A DNA stretch of 64,000 nucleotides from the human T2T-CHM13v2.0 reference genome, Homo sapiens (GCF_009914755.1 NC_060945.1); one strand, 5' to 3'. Positions 28,093 to 41,975 are shown, counted from the first letter of the stretch. Numbers and translations: made by a program. Notes: generated by a model from the sequence alone, not told the origin.

Positions 28093-28244
28093 TGGCTATC
28101 TCAATCTTCAGAGTCTGTTCTGAGGGTCTGTTTCCTGGGGCTACTCCTGGAACCCATTACTGTATCAGTCAGGGACCTAGCAACAAATAGATGGCCCACT
28201 AATAGGGAGTAATTTGAGAAAATTTTAACAAAGTAATTATTTAC

Positions 28245-28786
28245 AAATAGTATTTTATAATTATTTAATTATCAGTTAATTTAATAATTATTCATTATAA
28301 TTAATAATATATACAATGTATAATATATAAATTATATAATATATTTATTATAATTAATAATTATAGAAATATATTTTTATATTATATTGTATATATAGAT
28401 GTATAAAATATTTAATATATAAATTGCATATTATATAAAATTTAAATGAGATTTATAAGATATATAAATTAATTAATTATATTTATAATTTATAAGTATG
28501 CATTTATAAATTTATATACATTATTTATAATGTATATACTTAATTATTATCTTATTAATTATATAATTATATTATTAGTTGCCTAATTACACTTATATAA
28601 TTAATTTATATAGTTATATTTATATAATTATAACAAATATAACTATATAACTTATAATTATATTTTATCTATATATGGAAATATTTTATATATTATAACA
28701 TATAAATAGTATAATTATAATGAAAATATATGAAAATATAAATAATAAATAATTATTCATTTAATAACTATTTAATTATTATTTAC
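28245..28786. repeat. ~540 bp extremely AT-rich low-complexity block
   Basis: TATA/TAAT mosaic, bounded by the direct repeat attatttac (28236-28244 / 28778-28786). Confidence 0.9.
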
Positions 28787-30183
28787 GAGTTAAGAGTGGG
28801 TAGGGTCTAGAGAAACCACAAAGGACAGTGAAGGTTTCTTGGGCTAGTAAGAGCAGGGCTCTGTTACAGTCCCTGGGCCTGAAGTGCAGAGGGAAAGAGC
28901 AGTTACTGGAACATGGAGACAGAGAGAAAGCCACGTGACAAGTCCTGGGTGCTTTGGTCAAGGAATGAAGCCAGCCTTATATCAATTCCTTAGGGAGGGA
29001 GCTGTAATTTCTTTTCCTCCTGCCCTCCAAACTACAATTTTTCCTCGTTGGTAGGGTGACCAATCGTCTCAGATTGCCTGGGATTATCCTGGTTTTAGCA
29101 GTTAAAGTCCTAAATCCTGGAAAATCAATTCGGTGATATGCACAGAAGCTTGGGGGAAATGTGTAAAAACCATATGGTGGCCCAAAAAATAGGGGCTGAA
29201 TGCAATACTGTTTTGGCTGTAAATGGGTACAGTGCAGATGATCCACCTTCCATAACCCCTGTTGCTGTTTCTCCCCTGACTGCTCAGGTTGGGGACCACA
29301 ACTTGTCATTCAGAATAGTGGATCATCCACGGTTGCAACTTTCCCAAGGTTGCAACTAAGTGTGCGTCACAAGTACACTGCAATCACAGGCATTAAGAGT
29401 CTGTCTTTGACTTTACCTGTGAACTAACTGTTGTCCTTTGTATCAAGATAGTACTCATTTAATTTTTAGCAGTTGTAAATATTGTGGCCATATTTTCTAA
29501 GAGTTCGGATAATTAAAAAAGATAGTGATTACAATACCAATGCTGGCGTAAACCAAGGCATCACTGGAAAAGAAGGCTAACCAACTGTGTTATCTTAATG
29601 ACATATGGAAGGACATGTACAACCAGATTAGAGAGGTAAATAATCAAAACAGAGCACGCTGCTCAATATGCAGAAAAGAGTTTTGAGCCAGGCACAGTGG
29701 AGAAGGGGATGTGAAAGTGCATGTGGAGACGACATCTCACAATTCTAAGATGAAACCGATATCCCTAAGTCAATCAAAAAACGTTGTCTACCAAAAAATG
29801 TCCAGTCAAAAATAGCAGCTGCTGCATTAGCTCAGTCATACCACACAAATCACTTTATCAAATCACTCTTTTGATCATTTTATAGGATTCAGTAAGGCTA
29901 TATTTCCTGATTCAGAGGTTACAACTGAAATGTCTTGCAAACAAACAAAAGAGATGAATAAAAACAATAAGAGATGTGTTGGTCCCTTACATGGTAGAAC
30001 TGATCTTTTCCTATCTTCCCCACAATCATGCTTTCTGCAGCTCTGAGTTTATAAGCTCTTATAAACTCAGAATATAAACAGCACTTATCAGAATATAAAC
30101 AGTGTTTCTGCAGCACTCAGTTTATAAACTCAGAAAATGTAAACCAAAAGATTACTGATACCTTATCTGAATAAAAACTAGAC

Positions 30184-30675
30184 ATTTACATCTCTAACCC
30201 CAGTGCCTTGGGAGGCTGAGGTGGGAACCTTTCCTGAGGCCAGGAGTTCAAGACAAGCCTGGGCAAAATGGTGAGACCCCCTGTATTAGTCTGTTTTCAT
30301 GCTGCTGATAAAGACATACCTGAGACTGGGCAATTTACAAAAGAAAGAGGTTTAATGAACTTACAACTCCACGTTGCTGGGGAGGCCTCACAATCATGGT
30401 GGAAGGTGAAAGGCATGTCTTACAGGGCAGCAGGCAAGAGAAAAGAGCTTGTGCAGGGAAGCACCCCTTTATAAAACCATCAGATCTCATGAGACTTATT
30501 CACTATCATGAGAACAGCATGGGAAAGACCTGTCCCCATGATTCAATTACCTCCCACCTGGTCCCTCCCACAGCACATGGGAATTCAAGATGAGATTTGA
30601 GTGGGGACACAGCCAAACCATATCACCCCCCATCACTACAAAATATATATATATAAATACATAAAAAGAATAAAA
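30184..30675 (+). mobile_element. Left Alu monomer (FLAM-like) interrupted by THE1
   Basis: 'gggaggctgaggtggga..gaggccaggagttcaagacaagcctgggcaa..gagacccc|THE1|catcactacaaaa'; TSD ataaaaactagac 30171-30183 / 30676-30688. Confidence 0.75.
30282..30625 (-). mobile_element. THE1B-like solo LTR
   Basis: 'tgtattagtctgttttcatgctgctgataaagacatacctgagactggg...agccaaaccatatca'; TSD CCCCC. Confidence 0.9.
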
Positions 30676-31719
30676 ATAAAAACTAGACTTTGTTAATCTA
30701 CCTACAGATATGACTGAGAATGCAAAGGTAAATTTTGGCAAATTATTTTCAGTCTATAAACTTCTTACCAATGAAAATGGAAAACTCTTATCTGCTAATT
30801 GTCATATATTTAGGGGGTGTGATTTGCTTATCTGGGATATTGATGATTTCATAATGAAAGCTTTTGGTCAGCTTTCATTTCTTTCAAAATGTGTAGAAAC
30901 AATGAGACTTTTGACTTTGTAGAAATGGTAGGAGGTAGTCTCCTTAGACGCATGCCTACAAGGTGGCTATTATCATTGCCTGCCATAGAGAAAATATTAA
31001 ATTGTTGGTCTATTGCAAAGTAATATTTTCAAAGTTTGGGATAAGAAGGATGTCCCTGTTTAATTTGGAAATACACTGAGGCTGATAATGGAGACAAGGA
31101 CAGAACTTATGTGCTCTTTCTCCAAAACTGTTTGGTGGTATTTGAAGAGCCCATAAGGAGCATAGAAAAGGATGGGCAGACTGGACTTCAGTTATTTGAT
31201 GTTATGTGGACATTGTGAAAAAACTCACTAAAAAAAGGACTTAGCAGATGAGGACAATAAGGCTTAGATTCATTCTAAAAAGTGATACTTTAAAAAATAA
31301 TAATAAAGCAGGTTTAAAACTATAAAAAACAGAAAATGGCAACAGAGCTTTCTTAATTTCTCTACTAAATTGGTAGTTTATTTGTAATCCAATTTAAGAT
31401 TTTAAAACTTAAAATTATCTCTGTGCTTTAATACCATTTTCTGTGAGAAACAAAGGTTTAACTTATAATGCCATCCAATGTACTTCAGACTAGGTAAAAT
31501 GATGGCCGTTTTGGACATGACTAACTCATATAACTAATTTATTGATACAAAGAATCTCACTGAGAAACACCTGGTTTTTCAAAATAAGTCTTTAGATACA
31601 AAGTGGATGGACAATCTTGGAGAGCTGCAAACTAATTCTTGCTTGTCTAAAAACTTGTTCTTGCTAGCGGATTACATGGCAAAATTTTAAAAGGGTTTCA
31701 CAGAATGTATGTGTTTACT

Positions 31720-32213
31720 ATACATTATTATTACCCTTTCTCCAGAGAAACAGAAGCAATAAAAAAGCTATCATCTTATTGTCTATCTATCATCTATCTA
31801 TCTATCTATCTATCTATCCATCCATCCACTGAGAAATTTATTTGAAGGAATTAGTCCACACAATTGGGGCTGCAAGGCTGAGATCTGCAGGGCAGGTGTC
31901 AGGCTGGAGACTCAGGGAAGAGTAGATGTTGCAAACCTGAGTCCAAAATCCACTGGAAACTCAGGCAGGGTTTCTATATTGCAGTCTGGAAACAGAGCTC
32001 CTTCTTCCCTGGGAAACCTCAGTCTTTGCTCTGAAGGCCTTTGACTGTTTGGAAGAGGCTCATTCACATTAAGGAAGGTCATCCGCTTTACTCAAAGTCT
32101 GCTGATTTATGTGTTAATCATATCTAAAACATACCCTCACAGCAACATCTAGAGTAGTGTTTGACCAGACAACTGGGCACCGTAGCCTGGATGACACATA
32201 TAATTAACCATTA
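31720..32213 (-). mobile_element. MLT2D-like LTR with internal (CTAT)n microsatellite (~31783-31828)
   Basis: 'ttctccagagaaacagaa', 'gggaaacctcagtctttgctctgaaggcctt', 'tgacacatataattaaccat'. Confidence 0.75.
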
Positions 32214-32331
32214 ATTCCTGTAGGGGCGCCACATTAAAATGCTTTTTTTGAGAACATTGTTAGCTCAATGTCATCACCTTGGGCTGACACCAGGGCTCAG
32301 TGTAATATGGGCTTGATAAGAGGACAGCTGT

Positions 32332-32622
32332 GGCCGGGTGCGGTGGCTCACGCCTGTAATCCCAGCACTTTGGGAGGCTGAGGCAGGCAGATCACTTAAG
32401 GTCAGTAGTTTGAGACGAGCCTGGCCAACATGATGAAACCCCGACTCTACTAAAAGTACAAAAATTACCTAAGCGTGGTGGCAGACACCTGTAATTCCAG
32501 CTACTCAGGAGGCTGAGGCGGGAGAATTGCTTGAACCCAGGAAGCAGAAGTTGCAGTGGGCCAAGATCACGTCACTGCACTCCAGCCTGGGTGACAGAGC
32601 AAAACTCCATCTCAGAAAAAAA
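32332..32622 (+). mobile_element. AluS (Sx-like)
   Basis: Full dimer; TSD aaga(g/a)gacagct. Confidence 0.9.
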
Positions 32623-33249
32623 AAGAAGACAGCTTTAAGACGAAGTGAATTTTACATTTGACTATGTTGAGTTTTTCTACTACATGCAAGAGAAATAAGG
32701 ATGTACTAAAGGCTCTTGAAAGTTCAGAGAAGTATTAGCAGAAAAGGAAACAGAAGGAGCAAAAATATCCTACTGTATCATTGAATAGAAAAAAACATAT
32801 TATTGCTATTTTTTATTAAATCTAGATAATATCTACTTAATTAGTCCTATTGTATTTATGTTTTCTTTTAAAGGGCTTACATTTATGTATCTTAGAGATA
32901 TACAACAATGTAGCATACAAAATTTAAGAATCCAATAAACAGTTAAAATAAATTTCTGGTATCAGAGGACAGAAAGAAACATAAAAATATTGTTTTCTCA
33001 TATATTATTTGTTAATTAATCCTGCTATGAATTACTCTTAATTGCCACTATTACCTAGTACTACTATTATTTTGTTTAAATAATAGCATTTATATAACAG
33101 AAAATATTGAGTAACATATATAAATTTTAAACAAATACCTATTTTTCATATCTTCATGTTAAAGTAATAACACGTGTATATAAGTACTTATCATATATTA
33201 TGTTACTGCGGGGGGTGGTGGTTGTTTTTTAGTCTTTTAAAAATATTTT

Positions 33250-33784
<535 letters not shown>

Positions 33785-34189
33785 TAGTCTTATATGGCCC
33801 TGTCCCAGGTTGATTCTCTAAATCATTGGTCATTCTGCCATTGGTCAGACATAGCCAGGAGCCAGAGAGTAGGGAACCTGTTGCTATAACCCATGCAGAT
33901 AAAGGACACAGAACAGAGCAGAGGTAAGTGAAGAATGGGTTTGGAGAAGCAAATGGCAGCCCTCTGAGTTGCTGGCTTGTTGTTGGTATTAATATGATCT
34001 CGGTGGTCCAAGACCACCAACAGCACGGCAACACTGACAGTTCAGCAGGGAAATGGAGAGTGCCGATTTCCACAGAGGTACCAGGGTTTCCCAGGGCTGC
34101 TTCCTAATCTCCTTTCAAGAAATGGTAGCACTTCTTATATCCCAGAGAGTGTCAAGTGAGTGCGACTTTTTGTCCCTGTGTCTATGGCC

Positions 34190-34720
34190 AAAAGCATGCA
34201 GTCATCTTGTGCTTCAGTTTTCTCTTCATCCTATGGCTCAGTTTTCTCTTCATCTGTAAAATGAAAAAAAAAAAAATACAGATTTGTTGAGGGATTAGGG
34301 ATAAAAGATATGAAGGTACTTTGAAAAATGTAAGAAGTGAATGATTTACTGGCATTTCTCTCTTCTGCCATTCAGGCCACTGGAGCACTTTTCAAAAAAT
34401 AATGCTATTCTAAAGTTGGATATTTGGTTCTAACCAGGAAGTAATAACTATCATAATAATGGAAGACATTTATTGAGGGCTGACTGTGTGCCCTCACAGT
34501 CAATTCTCACAGAGAATCTGTGGGACATGTTTTCCCATGGCTTATCTTCTTTAATCCTCAGAACAACTGCAGGAAGTTATGCTATTGATGTATGTTGCAG
34601 ATGAGGAAAATAAGGCTTAAAGCATTAAATAACTTGGCCCAAGTTTCCATAACAAATAAGTAATAGATCTGGGACTTGAACCCAGGCAGTCTTTAGACCA
34701 CTAAGCACTCTGACTTCCTA
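34190..34720. mobile_element. Two MIRs (plus ~34190-34330; minus ~34450-34720)
   Basis: 'ctcagttttctcttcatctgtaaaatg' (locally duplicated); 'cagatgaggaaaataaggctta..taaataacttggcccaag..ctgggacttgaacccaggcagtct'. Confidence 0.7.
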
Positions 34721-35936
34721 ATCATAGCACTTTGTAAAGCCAAGGTAACAACTAGGCGACTATTTCCTGTAGGGAGATTGTTTTGATAAAATATTGCAGA
34801 ATGGTCATGAGAAATATACACAACGGGGAAAGTTAAACCCCATCAAGATTTATGCTTTGAGCCCCCCATCTGTATCAATGCAGAGTAATGGTAGAGTTTT
34901 TAAAAATGACCATGCTGAAAAAAAAGATAACATCTCTGTGGGCTAGAAACTCAAAACGGAAATCAGCTACTGAAGCTAGCAGCCTACTGGGTTGTGAATC
35001 TGCAAGCAGTCAAAGGAAGCAGAGAGTTCATTTTCTGCAGTGATTGGAAGGCAGAAGAACAGAGCCAGGGTGGAATGTGGCTCCCTCTTATAAGAGAATA
35101 TAAAATGCTTACATCAACCCCTGCATAACTGAAAATACAAGATGAGAGAAGGCAAATACAGCCTTGTATCCAGCATCTGGCCATTTTACTAAGTGGCTCA
35201 GTGACTAGAACTAAAATATCCCCAGTTATCTCTGTAAGATGAGCACTCTGAAAGCCCACTGTAAGATGTGATTCTGAACCAGAGACTCTAAGAGGGCACA
35301 TAGACACAAGAAACCACTAGAAAAGGAATGGTGAGTACAGGGCCACTGCAACAAAATGAAATAAAACAAAAATAAACTAATTAAAAAAAATTAAAAGTCA
35401 AGAGATGAAATCACTTAAGAGAAAATGAAATCAATGATGTAATCTGAAAATGATTTAAAAAGTCACTATGCTGAATATCTTCTAAGAGTTAAAGGAAAGA
35501 TGAACAGGATGTTTTTTTAAAAAAAGGACAAGAAATTAAGAACTTGAACCAGGCAGAAATGAAAAAAAGACAGATAGATATGAAAAAGAATCATTTAGAA
35601 ATCTTGGATTAAAAGGAGAAAGCAGCTAATTACTGAAATTTACAAAGCCCAATAGATGGGATAAACTTTAGATTGGATAGCTAAAGAGAAAATTGACAAA
35701 CTGGAAGATGATTATGGAGGAACTCATCTAGAATGTAGCACAGAGTGATAAATTATCCAAAAGGCCAACAATGAAAGAATATGTTTGACATCATTAGTCT
35801 CAGATTACATTTTTAAGAAACATACATATTGGTTGCATACATATTGGTTACAAGTCAGTCCTAAAGCAAAATGAAACAGAAATGCTGAAAATGTGGGGAT
35901 ATAAGAAGCTGCCATGTGTAAAAGCTGAACAAATGC

Positions 35937-36413
35937 TGTATTAGTCAGGGTTCTCCAGATAAACAGAACTAATACAATGTATACAGAGATAGACAGAGAT
36001 TTCGTATAAGGAATTGGTTCACATGATTATGGAAGCCAAGTTCAAAAATCCGCAGGGTGAGTTGGCAAGCTGGAGACCCAGTGGAGCCCCAGCAGCCTCC
36101 AGACCCAGGAAGAGCTGATGTTTCAGTTTGCATCTGAAGAGAGGAAAAAGTTGATGTCCTAGTTTGCAGGCAGTCAGGCAGGAGGAATTGTCTCTTACTT
36201 GGGGGAGGGTTGGCTTTTTTGTTCTATTCAGGCCTCCAGTTGATTAGATGAAGCCAACCCACATGAGAAAGGATAATCTGCTCTGCTGGGTCTCCTGATT
36301 TAAAAATGAATACCATTCAAAAACACCCGCACATAAAAAACCATAATAATGTTAATCAAATATCTGGGCATCCTGTGGCCCAGTCAAGTTGACACACAAA
36401 GTTAACCATCACA
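35937..36413 (-). mobile_element. MLT2B/C-like LTR
   Basis: 'tgtattagtcagggttctccagataaacagaactaata...cccagtcaagttgacacacaaagttaaccatcaca'. Confidence 0.85.
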
Positions 36414-36559
36414 ATTGGCCTTGGGGAACTTAACAGGCACAGCACCCTGGTCAGCCAGGGAAATAGAGGGAGGAAGTGCTTGCTCCTTCTTGGCAAGAAA
36501 AGAGAATAGATCCTAAGCATGGAGGTCTCTAGGTGCAGATGGCTGGAGTTCTGGGTGCT

Positions 36560-36985
36560 GTGTTAGAAAACACTTGTGCTTTGAAGCCAGAGATGCCTGA
36601 GTGAGACTCTCTCCTATCAGCCGTTTGTCTTTGGATGTGTTACTTAATTCCTGAGTTTCAGTTTCCTCATCTTTTAAAAGAGACTAATAATAGTACCTAT
36701 CTCAAAGGGATATTGAGAGGATTTTAAAAGATGATATATAAAATCCTTAGCAAACATCTGACATATGTTAGATCTCTGATGGTCAGCACTGGAATGTGGA
36801 CAGCTGAGCCACCACTGGTGACACCATGACTGGGGAGGACTGTGAAGAGGAATGAGCCAGGACATAAGAGCCAACAGACAGCAGGTCTAAGTCCTGCTCT
36901 GCCTCCTACTAGCTGTGAAGCTTCCATTCCTCTTTCACAGGGTGTTTGCCTCTCATCTACAAACTGAGGGTGGTACACCTACCTC
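36560..36985 (+). mobile_element. Two MIR fragments
   Basis: 'tgagtttcagtttcctcatcttttaaaagagactaataatagtacctatctcaaaggg'; 'gtcctgctctgcctcctactagctgtga'. Confidence 0.7.
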
Positions 36986-36991
36986 CAGACC

Positions 36992-37214
36992 CGTGTTTCT
37001 GAACTGAGGGACACTCCCCCTGCTGGATGTCCAGTGACATTCGGCTATGTCTGGAGACATTTTTGGTTATCACAGCTGGGTTGGGGGTGTGAATGGCACC
37101 TAGTAGGTAGAGGCTAGGGATGCAGCTCAGCATCCCACATTACCCAAGACAGTCCCTTACAACAAAGAATTATTCAGGCCAATGTGTCAGTTGTGCTGAA
37201 ATTGAGAAACCCTG
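36992..37214. mobile_element. MER20 (hAT-Charlie)
   Basis: 'atgtctggagacatttttggttatcacagctggg...gtagaggctagggatgcagct...acaacaaagaattatt...ttgagaaaccctg'. Confidence 0.85.
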
Positions 37215-37260
37215 GGGTGAAAAACTTAAATGAGATCATGTTTATAAAAGGCTCGGCTTA

Positions 37261-37483
<223 letters not shown>

Positions 37484-38282
37484 GATGGAGGGGGGAAAGA
37501 AAGAGGGATTAGATAGACAGTAGGTAGGTTCCTGCTCTTCTTCCCCATGCTTTCTTCCTGCCATGGCTGGGGACTAGCGAGGAGAAGGAAGTGTGACTGT
37601 CCCACTGCAGCATTCCCCCTGCTCAGAGCCCAGGAGGAAGGGAACTCACTTGCAGCTTTGCATAAAGAGAGTCTGCCAGCTGCAAGCCAAGTTCTGGAAC
37701 ACAGCTTCCGGGCAGCGGCCTCTGGAATGCTTTCTGGCTCTCTCTGCAGACTCAGCCTCCTGCAGCTCCTTGGCTAACCTGGCAGGAACCTCAGCCCAGG
37801 CCAAGGAGGCTGCAGCCAACCCGAGCCCCCTGATGGGCTTCCACCCCGACCTCCACAGCTGCTGGTGAGATTTGGCTCAGCCCTTAGTCATGACCCTTCC
37901 ATAGACTGACTTCTTTAAAATTCACGAAGCCTTTTCTTTACAATTATGATTATGCCTGTCCTGTGTGCAGGCACCGAAGGAGGAGGAGATACTAGGAATG
38001 AAAGGTTAAGGGACAGAAAAGGAACATCCAGTCCTCCTGTAAAAGCTATCTCTCTGTGTTGTCCTTGGACTTGAGTCTTCCTGTGGCCTGTGACTAATGC
38101 TCACATCCCTGAAATTTCCCAGGACAGAAAAGACCCAATCACACAACCCCAGAAGAAAAACACCAACAAAACCAATTTTCTCTACAAACGTGCATGTGAT
38201 AGCTCCGACCAGTTCTCTAAGCCATTCCCATCAGCCCAGGGTTCACAATCCAGCCCTCGGCTGGATTTCAAAGGTGGGAACA

Positions 38283-38584
38283 GGCTGGGTTCATGTCTGT
38301 AATCCCAACACTTTGGGAAGCCAAGGTGGAAGGATCACTTGAGGCCAGGAGTTCCAGACCAGCTTGGGCAACATAGCGAGACCCTGTTTCTAAAACAAAA
38401 ACAAACCCAAAAAACAAAAAACAAAAATTAGGCAAGCTTGGTGTTACACGTCTATAGTCTCAACTACTTGCTTGAGGATGGGAGGATCACTGGAGCCCAG
38501 GAGTTGAAGGCTGCTGTGAGCTATGATGGTGCCACTCCAGCCTAGAGCCTAGGTGACAGAGAAAGACCCTGTCAAAAAAAAAAA
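38283..38584 (+). mobile_element. AluJ
   Basis: Diverged dimer with AAAAC-rich middle; followed by G10TG6. Confidence 0.85.
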
Positions 38585-40124
38585 GGGGGGGGGGTGGGGG
38601 GAGCAGACAGACCACACTCAATTCATCAAAAGGAGAATTGCTACTTTTCATTTGTTTAGCTACAGTAGAAAAAGTCTAATCACATAACTTTCCCTGGGGC
38701 TGCGGAAGATTTCTCCTTTGAGGCAGTTCCTCACAGTAACACTGTAATCGAAACAAAGCCTGCTCTTCTCATGCGGAGCATATTTTCTCCTGGAGAACCA
38801 CAACTGGGTTTGCAAGGGTAGAGCCAGGCTCCTTCCCATAACATGCTTGCCTTGCCTGCCTGGGGTTGAACTTTTTTTTTTTTTCCACAAGAGAGCCATA
38901 AACACATAGATACCAAAGAGTTAATTTGCGTTTTTTAAACCTTCTTCCCAAAGCCTGCTCTCATTCCTGCATAAAATCCCCATGTCCAGACATCAAATCA
39001 GTAAGCCCTGTTGCCTGTCAGAGAATACAATGTCAGGCCATTAGTATGTTAATAAGTCCGGAGGGCGACAGGTGGCCTACTAGACAGCTCAATTAAGCTG
39101 CTCATTAAACACACGCTAACGAACAGCCGAGGCAGGGCCTGAACAGCACCATTCTGTAATGACATGATGTCAGAGTGAACAAATGAGGAAAAATAACAAA
39201 AACATTACAGCAGGGACAGACGCCACTAATAAGGACCCCTCGCACTACATCAGCCCGCAAATCAATGAGTCACCGGGATCAAAAAACTCGACCCAACATT
39301 CTCAGGAGACTGAGTGCAGCAAGATTTTTTTGGTCACTACTAAAAAAAAAAAAAAAAAAAAAAGCCCAAACCCAACCCTAAAATTATTGCAAAATATCGC
39401 AAATTAACTGCTTTAAAAAAATGAAAAAGAGCAAAGTTTATTTGACACGGAACTAATCACGAAGTCTGAGAAATCTGTATTGCTGGGTTTAAATGAAAAT
39501 CATTATTTAATGGGATCATCATTTACATTTGATTGGCATCCTCTTTTTATAAGCCCACAGGTTTGAACCATTTCTCTGCTCTGGTACCCAGGCAGTAGAA
39601 GGGCACAGTGGAACGGAAGGAGCGTGTAGCCAAATTTCTTAGGTGAAGATTCTGCTTGTCATTATTTTAAGAGAAGGGACTTCCAGCAGCTGCTAGAGGT
39701 TTCTCTCATTTTCAAGTAAGGCGCTTCCTGAATAATAAAAAATCAAACCTCCGCCAGGCATGGCTCTGACATTGGAGACATATATTGCTAAACTAATAGG
39801 CTGGCTGGCCATTAGGAGATCACGACCTCGGCTCTTATCTTTTGTCAAGTTAACAGCTGACACCTCCTCTGCATGTAGACCTTCTTCTAGGCCTAAGGTA
39901 GATGCTGCTCCTCTAGCTAAGCTGGTGAGCTGAAGGCAGGCAGGAAACCAGTGCAGTTGGGCTTAAGGAGCTGATGCAGAGTCCCTCGGAAGCATGGTTC
40001 TTTCCATATTGGTTGAACTTTCTCTGCACAAATCTATGGTCCAAATCTATGAGTGAGGCAGATAAGGCTCTCACCTGAGTGACCCTGAGCAGGTCCCCTT
40101 AATCCCTGGCTCTGTTTCCTTATT

Positions 40125-40428
40125 CATATTTATTTTATTTTTAGAGACAGAGTCTCTCTCTGTTGCCCAGGCAGGAGTGCTGTGGCGTGATCATGGCTCA
40201 CTGTAACTTCAAACTCCTGGGCTCATGTGATCCTTTGGCCTCAGCCACTGGTGTAGCTGGGACCACAGGCATGTGCTGCCATGGCTGGTTAATTTTCAGA
40301 ATTTTTTTTGTAGAGATGGGGTCTCGCTATGTTGCCCAGGCTGGTCTTGAACTTTTGGGCTCATGTGATCCTCCTGCCTCTGCCTCCCACAGTGTTGGGA
40401 TTACAGGCGTGAGCCACTGCACTCAGCT
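40125..40428 (-). mobile_element. AluJ
   Basis: 'tcatggctcactgtaacttcaaactcctgggctca'. Confidence 0.85.
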
Positions 40429-41396
40429 CTTTATTTATAAAATGTGATTGGACTGGGATTTCGCCTTGCCTTTTCCATTCTAGAAAGGACTTCAGCACAA
40501 AATAAGAGTAAAATCCTCATGGAATTTGCCATCTGGTTGAAAAGAAAAACTAGTGGCTGAAAATAGTCACGAAGAATTCAAGAACACAGTATAGTGTGTT
40601 ACCTAGAATTATAAGAAGAATTTAAAAAAGGGAGACATTGGGGATTTGTAAGGGCTCCAGGCCAATTCCCTGAAATCAGCTGGGCCTGAGTGGGTGGAGC
40701 AGACGCAGGGAGAGGGCGGAGCTTCTGCCGACCTTGCAGAGTGAGTAGGATGGAAGGGCAGGAGGAGGTCCAAGCGACAAAGGCAGGCATGAGCATGGGG
40801 CCTGCATGCGTCTGGGTGTATGTGGACAGTGGGATGGGAGCTACCTGTGATCAGACCTGCTACATGGAGGCAAGCTGGGGGGTGCAAAGCCAGAGGAGAC
40901 AGATGTGCAGGGGCAGAGGCAAGAGACATTTGGTGAGTGCAGAGGCCACAGCAATCTGGCTTTTTATCTCAGTGACTCTAAGGTCTGTCTTCAGGCTGAT
41001 GGATGTGACAGCATGCCATCACTCGACAGATATTTACTGAGGTTCCCTCTTTGCTTGAGGAACTGTGGGGAATACAAAAATCAGAATATTCTGGACCTGC
41101 CCTCAGGGAGTTTATAATCGAGTCATTCCTTCAACTAATATTTCTTCAAGGACTTCTCTTTGCCAGGCTCTGCTAAGAATAATGGCAAATAATGGTTTCT
41201 TGGTCCCAGCCCTCGTGAGTTTATGGTCAAAGAGAAGAGACAGGCATATTATTTGACTAACTCCATTTCAAGTCAGACTGTGATGAATGTTGTGGCCAAG
41301 GTGGGAACAGAGACTTGTAGGAACACAGATAAGGGTGTGCTTAAGTCTGTCTGTGAGAATCACAGAAACTTCCAGGCACCTTCAAGGGCTCTAGAG

Positions 41397-41588
41397 CAGC
41401 ACTGTCCAGTAGAACTTGCTGGAATGACAGGAATGTTCTTTACCTGCATTGTCCAGTGTGGTAGCCACATATGGCTGTTGAGCACTTGAGATGTGGCTAG
41501 AGTGACTGAGAAGCTGAATTCCTCATTTTAATCCATTGGAATTTAAATAGTCACATGTGATTAGTGGCCACCATATTGGATAGTGCAG
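41397..41588. mobile_element. MER3 (hAT-Charlie)
   Basis: 'cagcactgtccagtagaactt...gagcacttgagatgtggctag...ccatattggatagtgcag'. Confidence 0.8.
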
Positions 41589-41975
41589 CTGTAAAATGGT
41601 TAATAAAATGGTAGTGCGGATGACATGACTGGTGGTGCGATTTATTGGAATGACATGTCTTCTTCCTTACAAAGGGCACTTTCCTTCTGTGCAAGGGTAG
41701 CAACATCCTAGAAGCCAGAGAAATAGCTGTTCCTTCAGTAATGCTATATCCCTTTGACCAACATCTCACTATCTTCATAGGCCACACACAGTGGGTGTAT
41801 TGATTGATGCTGGCATAGACACACTGATAGGTAAAAAATGAAAAAGAATTTTAGATATAGAACGTCTTTTCTCCTCTTCTCTTCTAGTCTGAGTTCAAAT
41901 CTCTCCTCTTCTGGCAATGTTTGGTCTTCCCTGGACCATCTTGGAGAGCTGAGAACCCTAAAAGCAGCACCAGCC

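Larger units (their letters stand above)
24102..28160 (-). mobile_element. ERV-L class internal region (ERV3-16A3/ERVL-type), heavily deleted and interrupted
   Basis: Integrase remnants on the minus strand; ERVL-type internal 5' terminus 'ctactcctggaacccattac' abuts the LTR at 28161. Confidence 0.75.

Noticed and set aside
28245-28786. Palindromic AT-rich repeat (PATRR)
   Set aside because: I could not find long inverted arms by eye; the ends are direct, not inverted, repeats
30060-30135. CRISPR-like repeat-spacer pattern
   Set aside because: Only two 15-bp repeats 6 bp apart in eukaryotic DNA; better explained as a repair scar
30710-30922. Domesticated transposase (ZBED-like) gene
   Set aside because: The homology is real, but the frame has stops, frameshifts and four insertions
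38585-38601. G10TG6 run as a functional G-quadruplex
   Set aside because: A short homopolymer at an Alu tail with no supporting context
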